Assembly: GCA_041288095.1 (NCBI GenBank)
Contig: JBGGMJ010000062.1
Location: 1-60,264 of the forward strand
From: Myxococcota bacterium
Lineage (GTDB): Bacteria > Myxococcota > XYA12-FULL-58-9 > JALHOP01
Reading direction: 5' to 3'
Length of the DNA stretch: 60,264 bases
The notes under the pieces are model-generated. The model worked only from the letters and a program-made list of their open reading frames with translations. It did not search any database and had not been told where the DNA came from. Position numbers and translations under genes: made by a program. This document shows, piece by piece, positions 30,050 to 38,687 of this stretch (the stretch's first letter is position 1; the number at the start of each line of letters is the position of its first letter).

Positions 30050-33000
30050 ATGGTCCCCCATCGCTTCACCAGCACGTTCGTCATGCTCAGCCTCGTCTCC
30101 GCGCTCGCCTGCGGCTCCGACGGCTCGAGCACCGGCATCACGCTGACCATCAGCATTCTCTCGCGGGACTTCGTCATCGACGAGCTGCGGGTGCGTGCGG
30201 AGGTCGAAGGCCTAGAGCCAACGGAAGTGCGGCGTGCCCTCGAGACTCCTGCCGGTGACAGCGAAACCGTGAACCTCCTCTTCGATGCCGACGCTGGCGG
30301 GCGCAATCTGGAGATCATCGTCGAAGCATTCAGCGGCGGAGCTTCGGTGCTCACGGGCCGCACGACGCGCAAGCTCGAGCGCGACAAGTTCGTCACCGCC
30401 GAAGTGCGGCTCGCGTCATGCGCCGCATCGGACGGCGCCTTCTGCGACGCCGACACGCTGGTCGCCTGCGATCCGAGCGGCTCCCAGACCGTGCGCACCT
30501 CGTGCAGCTACGGCTGCAATGGAGAGGCGCGACGCTGCAACGCCTGCGCGCCGTCGACCGTCGATTGTCAGGGCGACAGCTTCGTCACCTGCGGCGAAGA
30601 TGGGATGCCGCTCTTCACCGACGACTGCAACGACGCGAGCGAGCCTTGCCGCACCGGCACCTGCACACCCAACGGCTGTGTTACCGCCCCGGCGCGCCAG
30701 GGCCAGACCTTCTGCTTCGACGGTCAGATCTCGACCACCTGCGACGACGCCGGCAATGCGATCAACTTCATCTGCGTGTTCGGTTGCAACCTCACGCGCG
30801 ATCTCTGCAACGAGTGCGATCCGAGCCCGGCCAAGGCGATCACTTGCCGCGCCGACATCGAGAGCCTGTGCAACGCGCAGGTTGTCTGCGATAGCGACGG
30901 TCGCGTCCTCGCCAAGACGTGTTGTTCCTCGAACCAATGCACGTGCGACGGCACGCAGTGTCTCGAGGACACCTGCAGCACGGCGCCGGACGTCGGGGTC
31001 GGCGGCACGTTCTCGGGTGACCTGTGCACTGGAGCGGACAACGTTCCCGGCGACTGCTTCCCCGGTGGCGTTGCTTGCCGCGGCATCGCCGCCGGCGGTC
31101 AGCCCGAAAAGCTCTACCGCCTGACGCTCGACGACCAAAACAACCGCTCGACTTTCTACAACGTCGTGCTCGACAGCTCGGGGTCGGCCGCGGCGACGGA
31201 CCTACGAGTTTCCACGGTGTGCGGCAATGAGAGCCTGCAGATCCCCACGGCTCAGGTCTGTGCGTTGCCCGCTGGCGCTGCCGCGTTGCGCGCCTGCATT
31301 CAGGACGACGGCGCCGATGTGCTGCTGCTCTGCGGACTCCCCGAGGGCGACTACTTCGGCGCCGTGGACGTCGAAGCGGGGAGCTGCTCGAGCTGTCCGT
31401 GCAGCTACGACCTGGACGTCACCATCACGCCGGTCACGCTCGACACGGCGGCGCAAGCGGGCAACATCTCGCGCGGCGGCACCTTCCGCGGCAACACCTG
31501 CAGCTTGGGCGACCAATTCACGTTCCCGTCGACCAGCTCCGTTAGCGGCTGCGACGGCATCGCCAACTGCGCGGCCGGCGTCTGCCCCGCCTGCTCGGCG
31601 GGCGCCGCGACGGACTGCCGCGTGAGCCCCGCCGACTCGCTCTGCGCTCATAGCGGTGTCGGCGGCGCCGACGCGGTGTTCTACCTGGCGTTGCCGGTGG
31701 ACTCGGGCGTGGACATCTCGACCGCCGGGTCCCTGTTCGACACCGTGCTCTACATTCTCGAGTCAGGGCCGTCGGGAGCATCGCCGCCCGGTGCGGTGCG
31801 GGTCTGCAACGATGACTGTCTCGGCGCCGATGGCGCCTCGCACATTCAGACGTCGCTTGCCGCTGGTCTCTATTATGTCGTCCTCGACGGCGCGGCGGGC
31901 GATTGCGGCGACTTCGTCCTGAGCGTGCAGGTCTCGCCGTCCGCGACCTGCCCGAACCTCAGCTGCGAGCTGCCCTTCGAGAACTGCCAAACGTGTCCTG
32001 GCGACTGCCGCTGCCAGCGCTGTGGTGACGGGGTGGTGCAGGGTGAGGACGGCGAGCTCTGCGACGACGGCAACCCCAGCGACGGCGACGGCTGCAATGC
32101 GTCGTGCGTCGTCGAAGCAGGGTACAAGTGTGCTGGTGCGCCCAGCGTCTGTGCGCGCGCCTGCGGCGATGGCGTGGTCGACTTCGATCGCAACGAACGC
32201 TGTGACGATTACAACAACGTCGGCCTGGACGGCTGCAGCGCTACCTGCACGGTCGAGGCTGGCTCCATCTGCACCGGGAGTCCGAGCGTCTGTGCCCCGG
32301 GCAGCCATGTCACTTCTTGCCCGGGCTCGGCGATCCCCTCGAACGGCTCGCCCCTCATCAGCACCATCAACGTTCCCACGGCGTTCACAATCGCGGACGC
32401 CACCGTCGACCTCGACATCGCGCACAGCTGGGTCGGTGACTTGCTGGTGACGTTGACCTCGCCGAATGCGACCATGGTCACGCTCCGCAATCGCAGCGGT
32501 GGCTCGGCCGACGACATCATCGGCAACTTCGACGCGACGCTCGTTCCTGACGGGCCGGGCACGATGAATTCGTTCAACGGCGGCCCCGCGAACGGCACCT
32601 GGACGCTCAACATCAACGACAACGTGCCGGCCGACGACGGCACCCTGCGCTGCTGGGCGATGAACCTGCGCGCCGCGGCTGTGTGCGGCAACGGCACCTG
32701 TGAGGCTGGGGTGGAGACCTGCCTTGCGTGCCCCGGCGACTGCCCCTGCACGGGTTGCGGCAACGGGCTCCTGCAGCTCGCGCAAGGCGAGCAGTGCGAC
32801 GACGCGGACACGGGCACCGGTGACGGCTGCTCGGACAAGTGCATGGTCGAAGCCAACTACAAATGCAGCGGTTCGCCGAGCACCTGCATCCTCAAGTGCG
32901 GCGACGGCTTCTTGGACGCGGGCGAGGCCTGCGACGACGCCGGTGCCGCGACCGCTGGTTGTTCAGCGACGTGCCAGACCGAGGCTGGATACATCTGCGA

Positions 33001-33409
33001 AGGCGCGCCGAGCGTATGCGTGCCGGGCGCGCGCGTCACGGAGTGCTCCCAGACCGCGATACCGGACAACAACGTGACCGGCATCACCAGGACGTTGGTC
33101 GGCCCGACGGCGTGCACGGTCGGCAACATCACCGTCGATGTCGACGTCCTGCATACGTACATCGGCGATCTCTCGGTCGACTTGATTGCACCGGACAATG
33201 CAACGCTGCGCCTGCACGATCACACGGGCAGCTCCACCGACAACATCTTCGGCAACTACGACCTGACGCTGACGCCGGAAGCAGCAGCGGGGATGGATTT
33301 CTTCGACGGCAAGGCGGCAAACGGCAACTGGCGCTTGCGCGTCATCGACAACGCCGCGACGGACACGGGGACCTTGCGTTGCTGGGCGGTCAATCTCTAC
33401 TGCGAGTAG
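30050..33409 (+). CDS. large Cys-rich lipoprotein with myxobacterial disulfide repeats and two proprotein-convertase P-domains
   Basis: Lipobox SALAC, four CG[D/N]G..E.CDD....GC...C..E repeats, and HSWVGDL...GTWTL and HTYIGDL...GNWRL P-domains. Confidence 0.8.
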   Translation: MVPHRFTSTFVMLSLVSALACGSDGSSTGITLTISILSRDFVIDELRVRAEVEGLEPTEVRRALETPAGDSETVNLLFDADAGGRNLEIIVEAFSGGASVLTGRTTRKLERDKFVTAEVRLASCAASDGAFCDADTLVACDPSGSQTVRTSCSYGCNGEARRCNACAPSTVDCQGDSFVTCGEDGMPLFTDDCNDASEPCRTGTCTPNGCVTAPARQGQTFCFDGQISTTCDDAGNAINFICVFGCNLTRDLCNECDPSPAKAITCRADIESLCNAQVVCDSDGRVLAKTCCSSNQCTCDGTQCLEDTCSTAPDVGVGGTFSGDLCTGADNVPGDCFPGGVACRGIAAGGQPEKLYRLTLDDQNNRSTFYNVVLDSSGSAAATDLRVSTVCGNESLQIPTAQVCALPAGAAALRACIQDDGADVLLLCGLPEGDYFGAVDVEAGSCSSCPCSYDLDVTITPVTLDTAAQAGNISRGGTFRGNTCSLGDQFTFPSTSSVSGCDGIANCAAGVCPACSAGAATDCRVSPADSLCAHSGVGGADAVFYLALPVDSGVDISTAGSLFDTVLYILESGPSGASPPGAVRVCNDDCLGADGASHIQTSLAAGLYYVVLDGAAGDCGDFVLSVQVSPSATCPNLSCELPFENCQTCPGDCRCQRCGDGVVQGEDGELCDDGNPSDGDGCNASCVVEAGYKCAGAPSVCARACGDGVVDFDRNERCDDYNNVGLDGCSATCTVEAGSICTGSPSVCAPGSHVTSCPGSAIPSNGSPLISTINVPTAFTIADATVDLDIAHSWVGDLLVTLTSPNATMVTLRNRSGGSADDIIGNFDATLVPDGPGTMNSFNGGPANGTWTLNINDNVPADDGTLRCWAMNLRAAAVCGNGTCEAGVETCLACPGDCPCTGCGNGLLQLAQGEQCDDADTGTGDGCSDKCMVEANYKCSGSPSTCILKCGDGFLDAGEACDDAGAATAGCSATCQTEAGYICEGAPSVCVPGARVTECSQTAIPDNNVTGITRTLVGPTACTVGNITVDVDVLHTYIGDLSVDLIAPDNATLRLHDHTGSSTDNIFGNYDLTLTPEAAAGMDFFDGKAANGNWRLRVIDNAATDTGTLRCWAVNLYCE

Positions 33410-34288
33410 CTACTGCGCGCGCATGTCCCAATCGCCGAGCGACGTCGAGGGTGCGCCGCCGTCGCTCTGGTGGGTCAGCACGTAGGTCGTGGCTGCCGCG
33501 GCGCCGAGTCCAGCGACGGCGGTCCAAAACCACCAGCGCTTGTAGAGCGGCACACGCACCATTTCTTCGGCCGCGTGCAGCTCGGCTTGCAGCGCCGCAA
33601 CTTGAACCGTGTCGACGCTCACGCGCGTCGTCTTCCCGGGCTGAATCTGGAAGAACGTGAAGTAGTCCTTGATGAGCGGCGAGGTGAGCTTGAGCACGTG
33701 CTCACCAGCCGAGAGGCCCTCGACGCCGCGGGGGAGCGGCGTCGTGCCGACCTCTCGCGAGTCGATCCAGACTGACGCGCCTTCGATGCCGACGTCGACC
33801 AGCAAGGTGCCGGTGAGCTGACTGGTGTCGACCACTTCGAAGATGAGCTTCTGCATCGCCTCGAGCATCTTGGCGCGCTCGCCGCTAAGGTTGGTGGTGG
33901 CGCGCTTGTCCTCCTTGAGCGTGCGGGTGTTCACCACCTTGAGCGTCAGGCTGTAAGCGTCGCCGAGCAGCGACACCGTGCCGACGATGACCCGGTTGGC
34001 GCCGAGCGCGGCGCCGGCCTCGCCGAGACAAGCCGTCGTCGCGCCGCAGCGGTTGACCCGCGAGCGGGTCTCGTCATCGAGGCCGCGCGCCTCGGTAATG
34101 AGGTGGTCGCCGAGCGTGCGTCGCAGCTCCGTGCGCAAGAACTCGTGGATGAGTTGCGCGGTCTCCTGCTCGATGCCGAAGCCGCTGGTCTCCCACAACA
34201 CGTAGGTGAGGGGCGCTGCCTCGGCGGCGCGCGGTGTAGCTCCGCAGAGTACGGCGATGACAACCGCAAGCAACCGGGGATGACGCAT
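33410..34288 (-). CDS. secreted PEGA-domain protein with a C-terminal membrane anchor
   Basis: Signal peptide, GASVWIDSREVGTTPL, and PLYKRWWFW followed by a TM. Confidence 0.8.
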   Translation of the reverse strand: MRHPRLLAVVIAVLCGATPRAAEAAPLTYVLWETSGFGIEQETAQLIHEFLRTELRRTLGDHLITEARGLDDETRSRVNRCGATTACLGEAGAALGANRVIVGTVSLLGDAYSLTLKVVNTRTLKEDKRATTNLSGERAKMLEAMQKLIFEVVDTSQLTGTLLVDVGIEGASVWIDSREVGTTPLPRGVEGLSAGEHVLKLTSPLIKDYFTFFQIQPGKTTRVSVDTVQVAALQAELHAAEEMVRVPLYKRWWFWTAVAGLGAAAATTYVLTHQSDGGAPSTSLGDWDMRAQ

Positions 34289-34357
34289 GCCTCGTAATGT
34301 ATCACATCCGCCATGGCGGACAGGGGGTCGTTGTGGGCCGCTGTACTGCCGTATCGC

Positions 34358-34377
34358 TTGTCTGTTGTTGCAGACAA
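34358..34377. promoter_or_regulatory. inverted repeat between divergent genes (operator candidate)
   Basis: TTGTCTG-N6-CAGACAA. Confidence 0.4.
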
Positions 34378-34406
34378 CCGCCATCGCGGTCTGCTACGAT
34401 TTTCTC

Positions 34407-35249
34407 ATGCGTACCCTCTGCACTTTGGTTGTATTGGTGGGTTCGTGTGTCCTCACGGCGCCGGCCCAAGCCACGAATCATTCAGGCCGCCGCAGCCCGC
34501 GCCAGGTCGACGTCGCCGTTAGCATCGACGATGGCCGCACGACGCTCGTCGCTGGCGGCTCCACGACGTACACGATCGTCGTCACGAACGACGGGCCGCG
34601 CACCGCCAAGGGGCTGGACATCGAGGTCGCCTTCCCCGAGGCCTTTGCCGATATCGTCTGGACCGTCAGCGCCGCCGGGGGCGCGCGGTGTGGCAACGTG
34701 TGTGGGCACTCACGTGGCCACGGGTGGGCTTGGGGGCGTCGCGATCACGACCACGACGGGAGCAGTAACGTCGGCGACATCGACGTCCACTCCGCATGGC
34801 TCCCCGCGGGCGCGTCCTGCACGTTCACCGCCGACGCGACTCTCTCGAGCGCGGCGACAGGGAAGGTCACCGTCGTTGCGAGCACGGCCGAGCTCTTCGC
34901 CGGCCAGACCGACACCGACCCGTCGAATGACAGCGCCAGCGACACCGACACGGTGGGGCCGGCAAGCGATCCCGATCCCAAGGACCCGCCGAGCGAAACG
35001 CCGGAGGACCCGAAAGATCCGCCCAGCGAGACACCAACCGATCCGAAAGATCCTCCGAGCGAGACGAACCTCGACGGCAACGATGCTCCGAGCGACACCG
35101 AGCCGAGCGCGGATGCCGACGACGCGGCCGACGCAGGCACATTCGACGATGACGACGCCCAAGGCGGCTGCAGCGCCAGCGGCCACGACGGCCTCTGGGC
35201 ACTCGTCGGCCTGCTCGTGCTCGGGCGCATCCGCCGCCGCGCCGCATGA
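34407..35249 (+). CDS. DUF11-domain surface protein with a MYXO-CTERM-like sorting tail
   Basis: Signal peptide, TYTIVVTNDGP and DTDPSNDSASDTD motifs, and the tail GGCSAS..LWALVGLLVLGRIRRR. Confidence 0.8.
   Translation: MRTLCTLVVLVGSCVLTAPAQATNHSGRRSPRQVDVAVSIDDGRTTLVAGGSTTYTIVVTNDGPRTAKGLDIEVAFPEAFADIVWTVSAAGGARCGNVCGHSRGHGWAWGRRDHDHDGSSNVGDIDVHSAWLPAGASCTFTADATLSSAATGKVTVVASTAELFAGQTDTDPSNDSASDTDTVGPASDPDPKDPPSETPEDPKDPPSETPTDPKDPPSETNLDGNDAPSDTEPSADADDAADAGTFDDDDAQGGCSASGHDGLWALVGLLVLGRIRRRAA
34974..35066 (+). repeat. 33-bp coding tandem repeat (DPKDPPSET x3)
   Basis: Units start at 34974, 35007 and 35040 and differ mainly at synonymous sites. Confidence 0.85.
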
Positions 35250-35268
35250 AGCGCCGCTAAACCGGGGC

Positions 35269-35326
35269 CAGGGGCAAAGCCCCTGCGTCTCGCCGCAGGC
35301 GAGACAAACTAGCCGCAGGCGAAACA
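35269..35326. repeat. REP-like palindrome cluster
   Basis: CAGGGGC-AAA-GCCCCTG, GTCTCGCC-GCA-GGCGAGAC, and GCCGCAGGCGA(G/A)ACA direct repeats at 35292 and 35312. Confidence 0.5.
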
Positions 35327-35437
35327 CAGTGCCCTTGGGCACCACGCCAACCCGGCGCTAGATCGAAGCTCTCCGACTGCGGACCACGGCACCACAACAT
35401 CGACGAACCTGCGCTTCGTATCAGCGCCGGGTTGACG

Positions 35438-35516
35438 TGGTGCCCCCGACAGGAATCGAACCTGTGGCTTACAGGGTTTAGGAAACCCCAGCTCTATCCA
35501 TCTGAGCTACGGGGGC
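35438..35516 (-). tRNA. tRNA-Arg (anticodon CCT)
   Basis: GCCCCCG/CGGGGGC acceptor stem with encoded CCA, D arm GCTC-AGATGGATA-GAGC, anticodon loop TTCCTAA and T arm ACAGG-TTCGATT-CCTGT. Confidence 0.93.
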
Positions 35517-35607
35517 ACGCACGACCGGTTTAGGCGGCGCACTCCGTGCGGTCAAGCGGCCGGTGCGTCGCTGGCACCGGTGGTAACGCGTCACGGCGCG
35601 CTGGGGT

Positions 35608-35615
35608 GCCGATAA
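35608..35615 (+). promoter_or_regulatory. sigma28/FliA -10 element
   Basis: Perfect GCCGATAA 7 nt before GTG 35623. The -35 match is poor. CGTCAC lies at 35589. Confidence 0.55.
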
Positions 35616-35622
35616 GGGCGGC

Positions 35623-36630
35623 GTGAAATCATCGCCGGCAGGGTCAGCAACGCAGATCACCGGAGCCGCCTCGGCAGCCGAGCTCGTCGGGCAGCGCCTC
35701 GAACCTACGGCCGATTCGTGCCCAGCGGCAGCCGCCGACCGCGTTGCGAGCCCCGTGCGGTCGTTCGCGCGCATCCTTGGCTACGGCAAGCGCACCGATC
35801 ACGTCGCCCAGCTTCTCGGAGTGCGTGCGCTCGAAGCCCGTGGCAAAGCTCCCGCCGGATTGGTGCGCTTTGGCCTGGGTCCCGACCAGCTCGCCTTCGC
35901 CTACGCCCTTCAAGACGAGCTCATGGCGAAGCTCATCACCCCGAGCAATCGCCTCGTCGGCTGGAAGATCGGCTTCTCCACCATCGAGGGCCGCAAGCCC
36001 TTGGGGATCTCCGAGCCGGCATACGGGCCATTGTTCTCGGGCGGCAATGTCAACGGCCCGGTCAAGACCAGCTCGTTCGCGAACCTCCTCGTCGAGCAAG
36101 AGGTCGTTCTCGTTCTTCGCAAGGACATCGACCGCTCCATGTCGGCGGCCGAGCTCGAAGACGCGATCGGCGCCGTGCACCTTGGCTTCGAGCTCCCGAG
36201 CAAGCGCTTCAAGGGCGCACCCGGAGCGCCTGACGGTCCCACCGCCGGTGACATGATCGCGGACTGCCTCGCGGCGCACTCCTTCAAGCTCGGCCCCGAG
36301 CTGCCAAAGACGGCCGCCACCTCGACGACACTCGATCTAACGATCACGCGCGACGGCGCGCCGCTCGCGGTGGGCTCGACCGGCAAGCTCGACGATGGTC
36401 AAGGCGGGCAGGGTGCTCTGCAGGCCTTGCGGTGGCTGGTTGAAAAGCTCGTTGCACGTCGGGCGCGCCGCGGCGAGGGCGACACGCCGGTGCTCAGAAG
36501 TGGTGACATCGTCTACACCGGAGCTGTCCCCGGTCCATTGCTCTTCCAGCACAACGGTCAGAGCCAAGCGAGCTTCGTGACCCAAACGAGTCCGTCCGCT
36601 AAAGCGACTCTCGATGTCATCGTCGGCTGA
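35623..36630 (+). CDS. 2-keto-4-pentenoate hydratase-like FAH-superfamily protein with an N-terminal extension
   Basis: AYALQ, GWKIGFS, EPAYG, VEQEV and GDIVYTG motifs. The first ~85 aa are extra and begin S/A/P-rich. Confidence 0.75.
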   Translation: MKSSPAGSATQITGAASAAELVGQRLEPTADSCPAAAADRVASPVRSFARILGYGKRTDHVAQLLGVRALEARGKAPAGLVRFGLGPDQLAFAYALQDELMAKLITPSNRLVGWKIGFSTIEGRKPLGISEPAYGPLFSGGNVNGPVKTSSFANLLVEQEVVLVLRKDIDRSMSAAELEDAIGAVHLGFELPSKRFKGAPGAPDGPTAGDMIADCLAAHSFKLGPELPKTAATSTTLDLTITRDGAPLAVGSTGKLDDGQGGQGALQALRWLVEKLVARRARRGEGDTPVLRSGDIVYTGAVPGPLLFQHNGQSQASFVTQTSPSAKATLDVIVG

Positions 36631-36636
36631 GCCGGC

Positions 36637-37575
36637 TCACGATCCCTTGGGCACGCCGTACAACACATAGTCGGCGTAGCCGCGCGCCCCTCCGCTATAG
36701 TGGTTCCAGTCGTACTTCTTCTCTTGCGCGTAGCTCATGCCGGTGTAGAGGTTGAGCGCTGGGTTCTGACGGATTGCCGAGAAGGTGAGCCCGCGAAACT
36801 CGCTGGGGCGCAGCCGCTGCATTTCCTCGAGGGCGATGGGCCGCACCTGCACCAAGCCGCAGGCGCCGGCGGAGTGGGCCGCCCAATACTGGCCGCCGTA
36901 CGACTCGAGATCCATGACGCGATAGATCTTCTCGATGGAGACACCGGTGCGCTCGCTCACGAACTGGACGAGCTCCGTGTAGGCCTCGCGCAGCACGCGC
37001 ACCGGCGTGCCGGGCGGATACTGTTGCATGATCTCGCGGCCGACGACGTCGAGCTCGTTGATCAGCTCGGGCCCGTTCAGCGGTTGCAGTCGCGCGTAGA
37101 GACCGGCTGGGCGCTGCGCCGCGCGCTCCAGCTTCGGATCGACGATGCCGCGACGCTCGATGCCTTCGTCTTGCTGCAAGGTTCGCAGCTTGTCGTTGAT
37201 GTTGCCGGCGAAGCCTCGGCCGAGCTCGATGTCCTCGGCGGTGCGCGAGTCGACGGCGCCGATGCGCGGCAGCTCGTAGCCGCGGTCGCGGTAGATGTCC
37301 TGCACTACCTTCGGCAACACGTAGTCGTCGACGGCGTTTGGAACCGAGCGTGTCGGACGAGCGGCGGTGCGCCGGCCGGGGGAGTCCGCTTTAGAAGACG
37401 ACCGCGGAGCAGGGGGTTTGGTCTTGGCGCCGGTCCCCGCTCCCTGGCGGACGACCTTCCCGGTCTTGGCGCTCACGACGGTGGGTTTCGGCTTCGCGGA
37501 CCCGTCCGCCGGCGGCGGATCGTTGCCCGCCGCTAGCAACACGATCGCCAGCGCTCCTGCCGTTAGACTGCTCAT
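36637..37575 (-). CDS. secreted lytic transglycosylase (SLT domain)
   Basis: Hydrophobic N-terminus and K/P linker. VMDLES (catalytic Glu), SAGACGLVQV, NPALNL..G..Y and YSGG motifs. Confidence 0.75.
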   Translation of the reverse strand: MSSLTAGALAIVLLAAGNDPPPADGSAKPKPTVVSAKTGKVVRQGAGTGAKTKPPAPRSSSKADSPGRRTAARPTRSVPNAVDDYVLPKVVQDIYRDRGYELPRIGAVDSRTAEDIELGRGFAGNINDKLRTLQQDEGIERRGIVDPKLERAAQRPAGLYARLQPLNGPELINELDVVGREIMQQYPPGTPVRVLREAYTELVQFVSERTGVSIEKIYRVMDLESYGGQYWAAHSAGACGLVQVRPIALEEMQRLRPSEFRGLTFSAIRQNPALNLYTGMSYAQEKKYDWNHYSGGARGYADYVLYGVPKGS

Positions 37576-37669
37576 CGCCACCCGAGAGCCCCGTAAAACC
37601 GGTAGTTTCGCTCAACATACGCGTTTACGCACGCATGAGGCTGGCACGCTCTTAGCGTCCACGATTTCC

Positions 37670-37699
37670 CTGACCGGTTCCAAAAAGTGTTGCTATACT
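37670..37699 (+). promoter_or_regulatory. sigma70 promoter candidate for ihfB
   Basis: CTGACC-N18-TATACT with a TGn extended -10. Confidence 0.5.
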
Positions 37700-37753
37700 C
37701 GAGTGTTGGCTCCGCTTCGGGCGGTTTGGGACGGGCTCGGGAGTGTGCGCGTC

Positions 37754-38053
37754 ATGAACAAGTCGGAGTTAGTGGACGAAATCGTCACCAAGACCAACCT
37801 CCCGCGCAAGCGTGCGGAGGATGTGGTGAATTTGGTGTTCGACGAGATGACGGCGGCCTTGGCGCGCGGGGATCGTATCGAGATCCGCGGTTTTGGCAGC
37901 TTCGTCAGCAAACACCGGCGCGCACGCACCGGGCGCAATCCTCGCACGGGTGCTGCTATCCCGGTCGTCGAGAAGCGCTTGCCGTTCTTCAAGGTCGGCA
38001 AAGAGCTGCGCGAGCGCGTGAACGCGAAGGCGGGGCAGAAGCCTCCTGCCTAG
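37754..38053 (+). CDS. ihfB: integration host factor beta subunit (HU/IHF family)
   Basis: MNKSELV, GDRIEIRGFGSF, GRNPRTG and PFFKVGKELRERVN motifs. Confidence 0.88.
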   Translation: MNKSELVDEIVTKTNLPRKRAEDVVNLVFDEMTAALARGDRIEIRGFGSFVSKHRRARTGRNPRTGAAIPVVEKRLPFFKVGKELRERVNAKAGQKPPA

Positions 38054-38068
38054 ACGAGCTAGCGCCAG

Positions 38069-38605
38069 CTAAAAAACATGTCCGAAGGTGAGCAGCACGT
38101 CGATGGTGCTGTAGTTCGCGGGGCGCTCACCGGTGGTGCGGGCCACTTCCCACGCGCCCAAGATCCCGACCATCCAGTTGGCGCTCAAGAAGTAGTCGGC
38201 GCCGCCGCCGGCACGTACGCCAAAGCTCGTGAGGTTGGTGCCGAGGACATCGTAGAGGCGGCCGGCCGACACCTCGAGCTGGACGTAAGGGGAGAGCGGT
38301 AGCTGCCCGCCGACGATGCGGTAGCGTCCGCCGACGCGGAGGCGCAACGGGATGGTGCCGGCGAGGCCCGCGGCGACGCTGGCGACGCCCGAGAGCTCCG
38401 GCGTGAACACGTATTCGCCGATGCCGTTGAGCATCAGGTAGCCGCTCGACATGCCGAGCTCGGAGCCGGTCTTGAACGAGGGGCCGATTCCACCGCCGAT
38501 GACGATGTTGCCGGGCTCCATGGTCCGCGCCGACGCGACGTCAGTGGCGATCGAGATACCGATGCTCACTGCGAGCAGGAGCAGAACACTTGGCAGGCGA
38601 TGCAT
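38069..38605 (-). CDS. small outer-membrane beta-barrel protein
   Basis: Signal peptide, alternating Gly/aromatic strands and a C-terminal Phe. Confidence 0.7.
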   Translation of the reverse strand: MHRLPSVLLLLAVSIGISIATDVASARTMEPGNIVIGGGIGPSFKTGSELGMSSGYLMLNGIGEYVFTPELSGVASVAAGLAGTIPLRLRVGGRYRIVGGQLPLSPYVQLEVSAGRLYDVLGTNLTSFGVRAGGGADYFLSANWMVGILGAWEVARTTGERPANYSTIDVLLTFGHVF

Positions 38606-38687
38606 GATAGTGGTCGCGCGTAACATGGCCCCACGATCTGGTCAAACGCGCGGTGCCGAAGCGCGGGTCGCGACGCCAAAGACGGCC

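Noticed and set aside
34974-35066. 33-bp repeats as a CRISPR array
   Set aside because: They are in-frame coding repeats without spacers, and there are no cas genes.
35438-35516. tRNA-Arg as a prophage or island attachment site
   Set aside because: No integrase and no duplicated tRNA 3' end were seen in the window.
37642-37656. sigma54-like TGGCACG-N4-TAGC upstream of ihfB
   Set aside because: The -12 element is imperfect and a better sigma70 promoter lies just downstream, so it cannot be supported.
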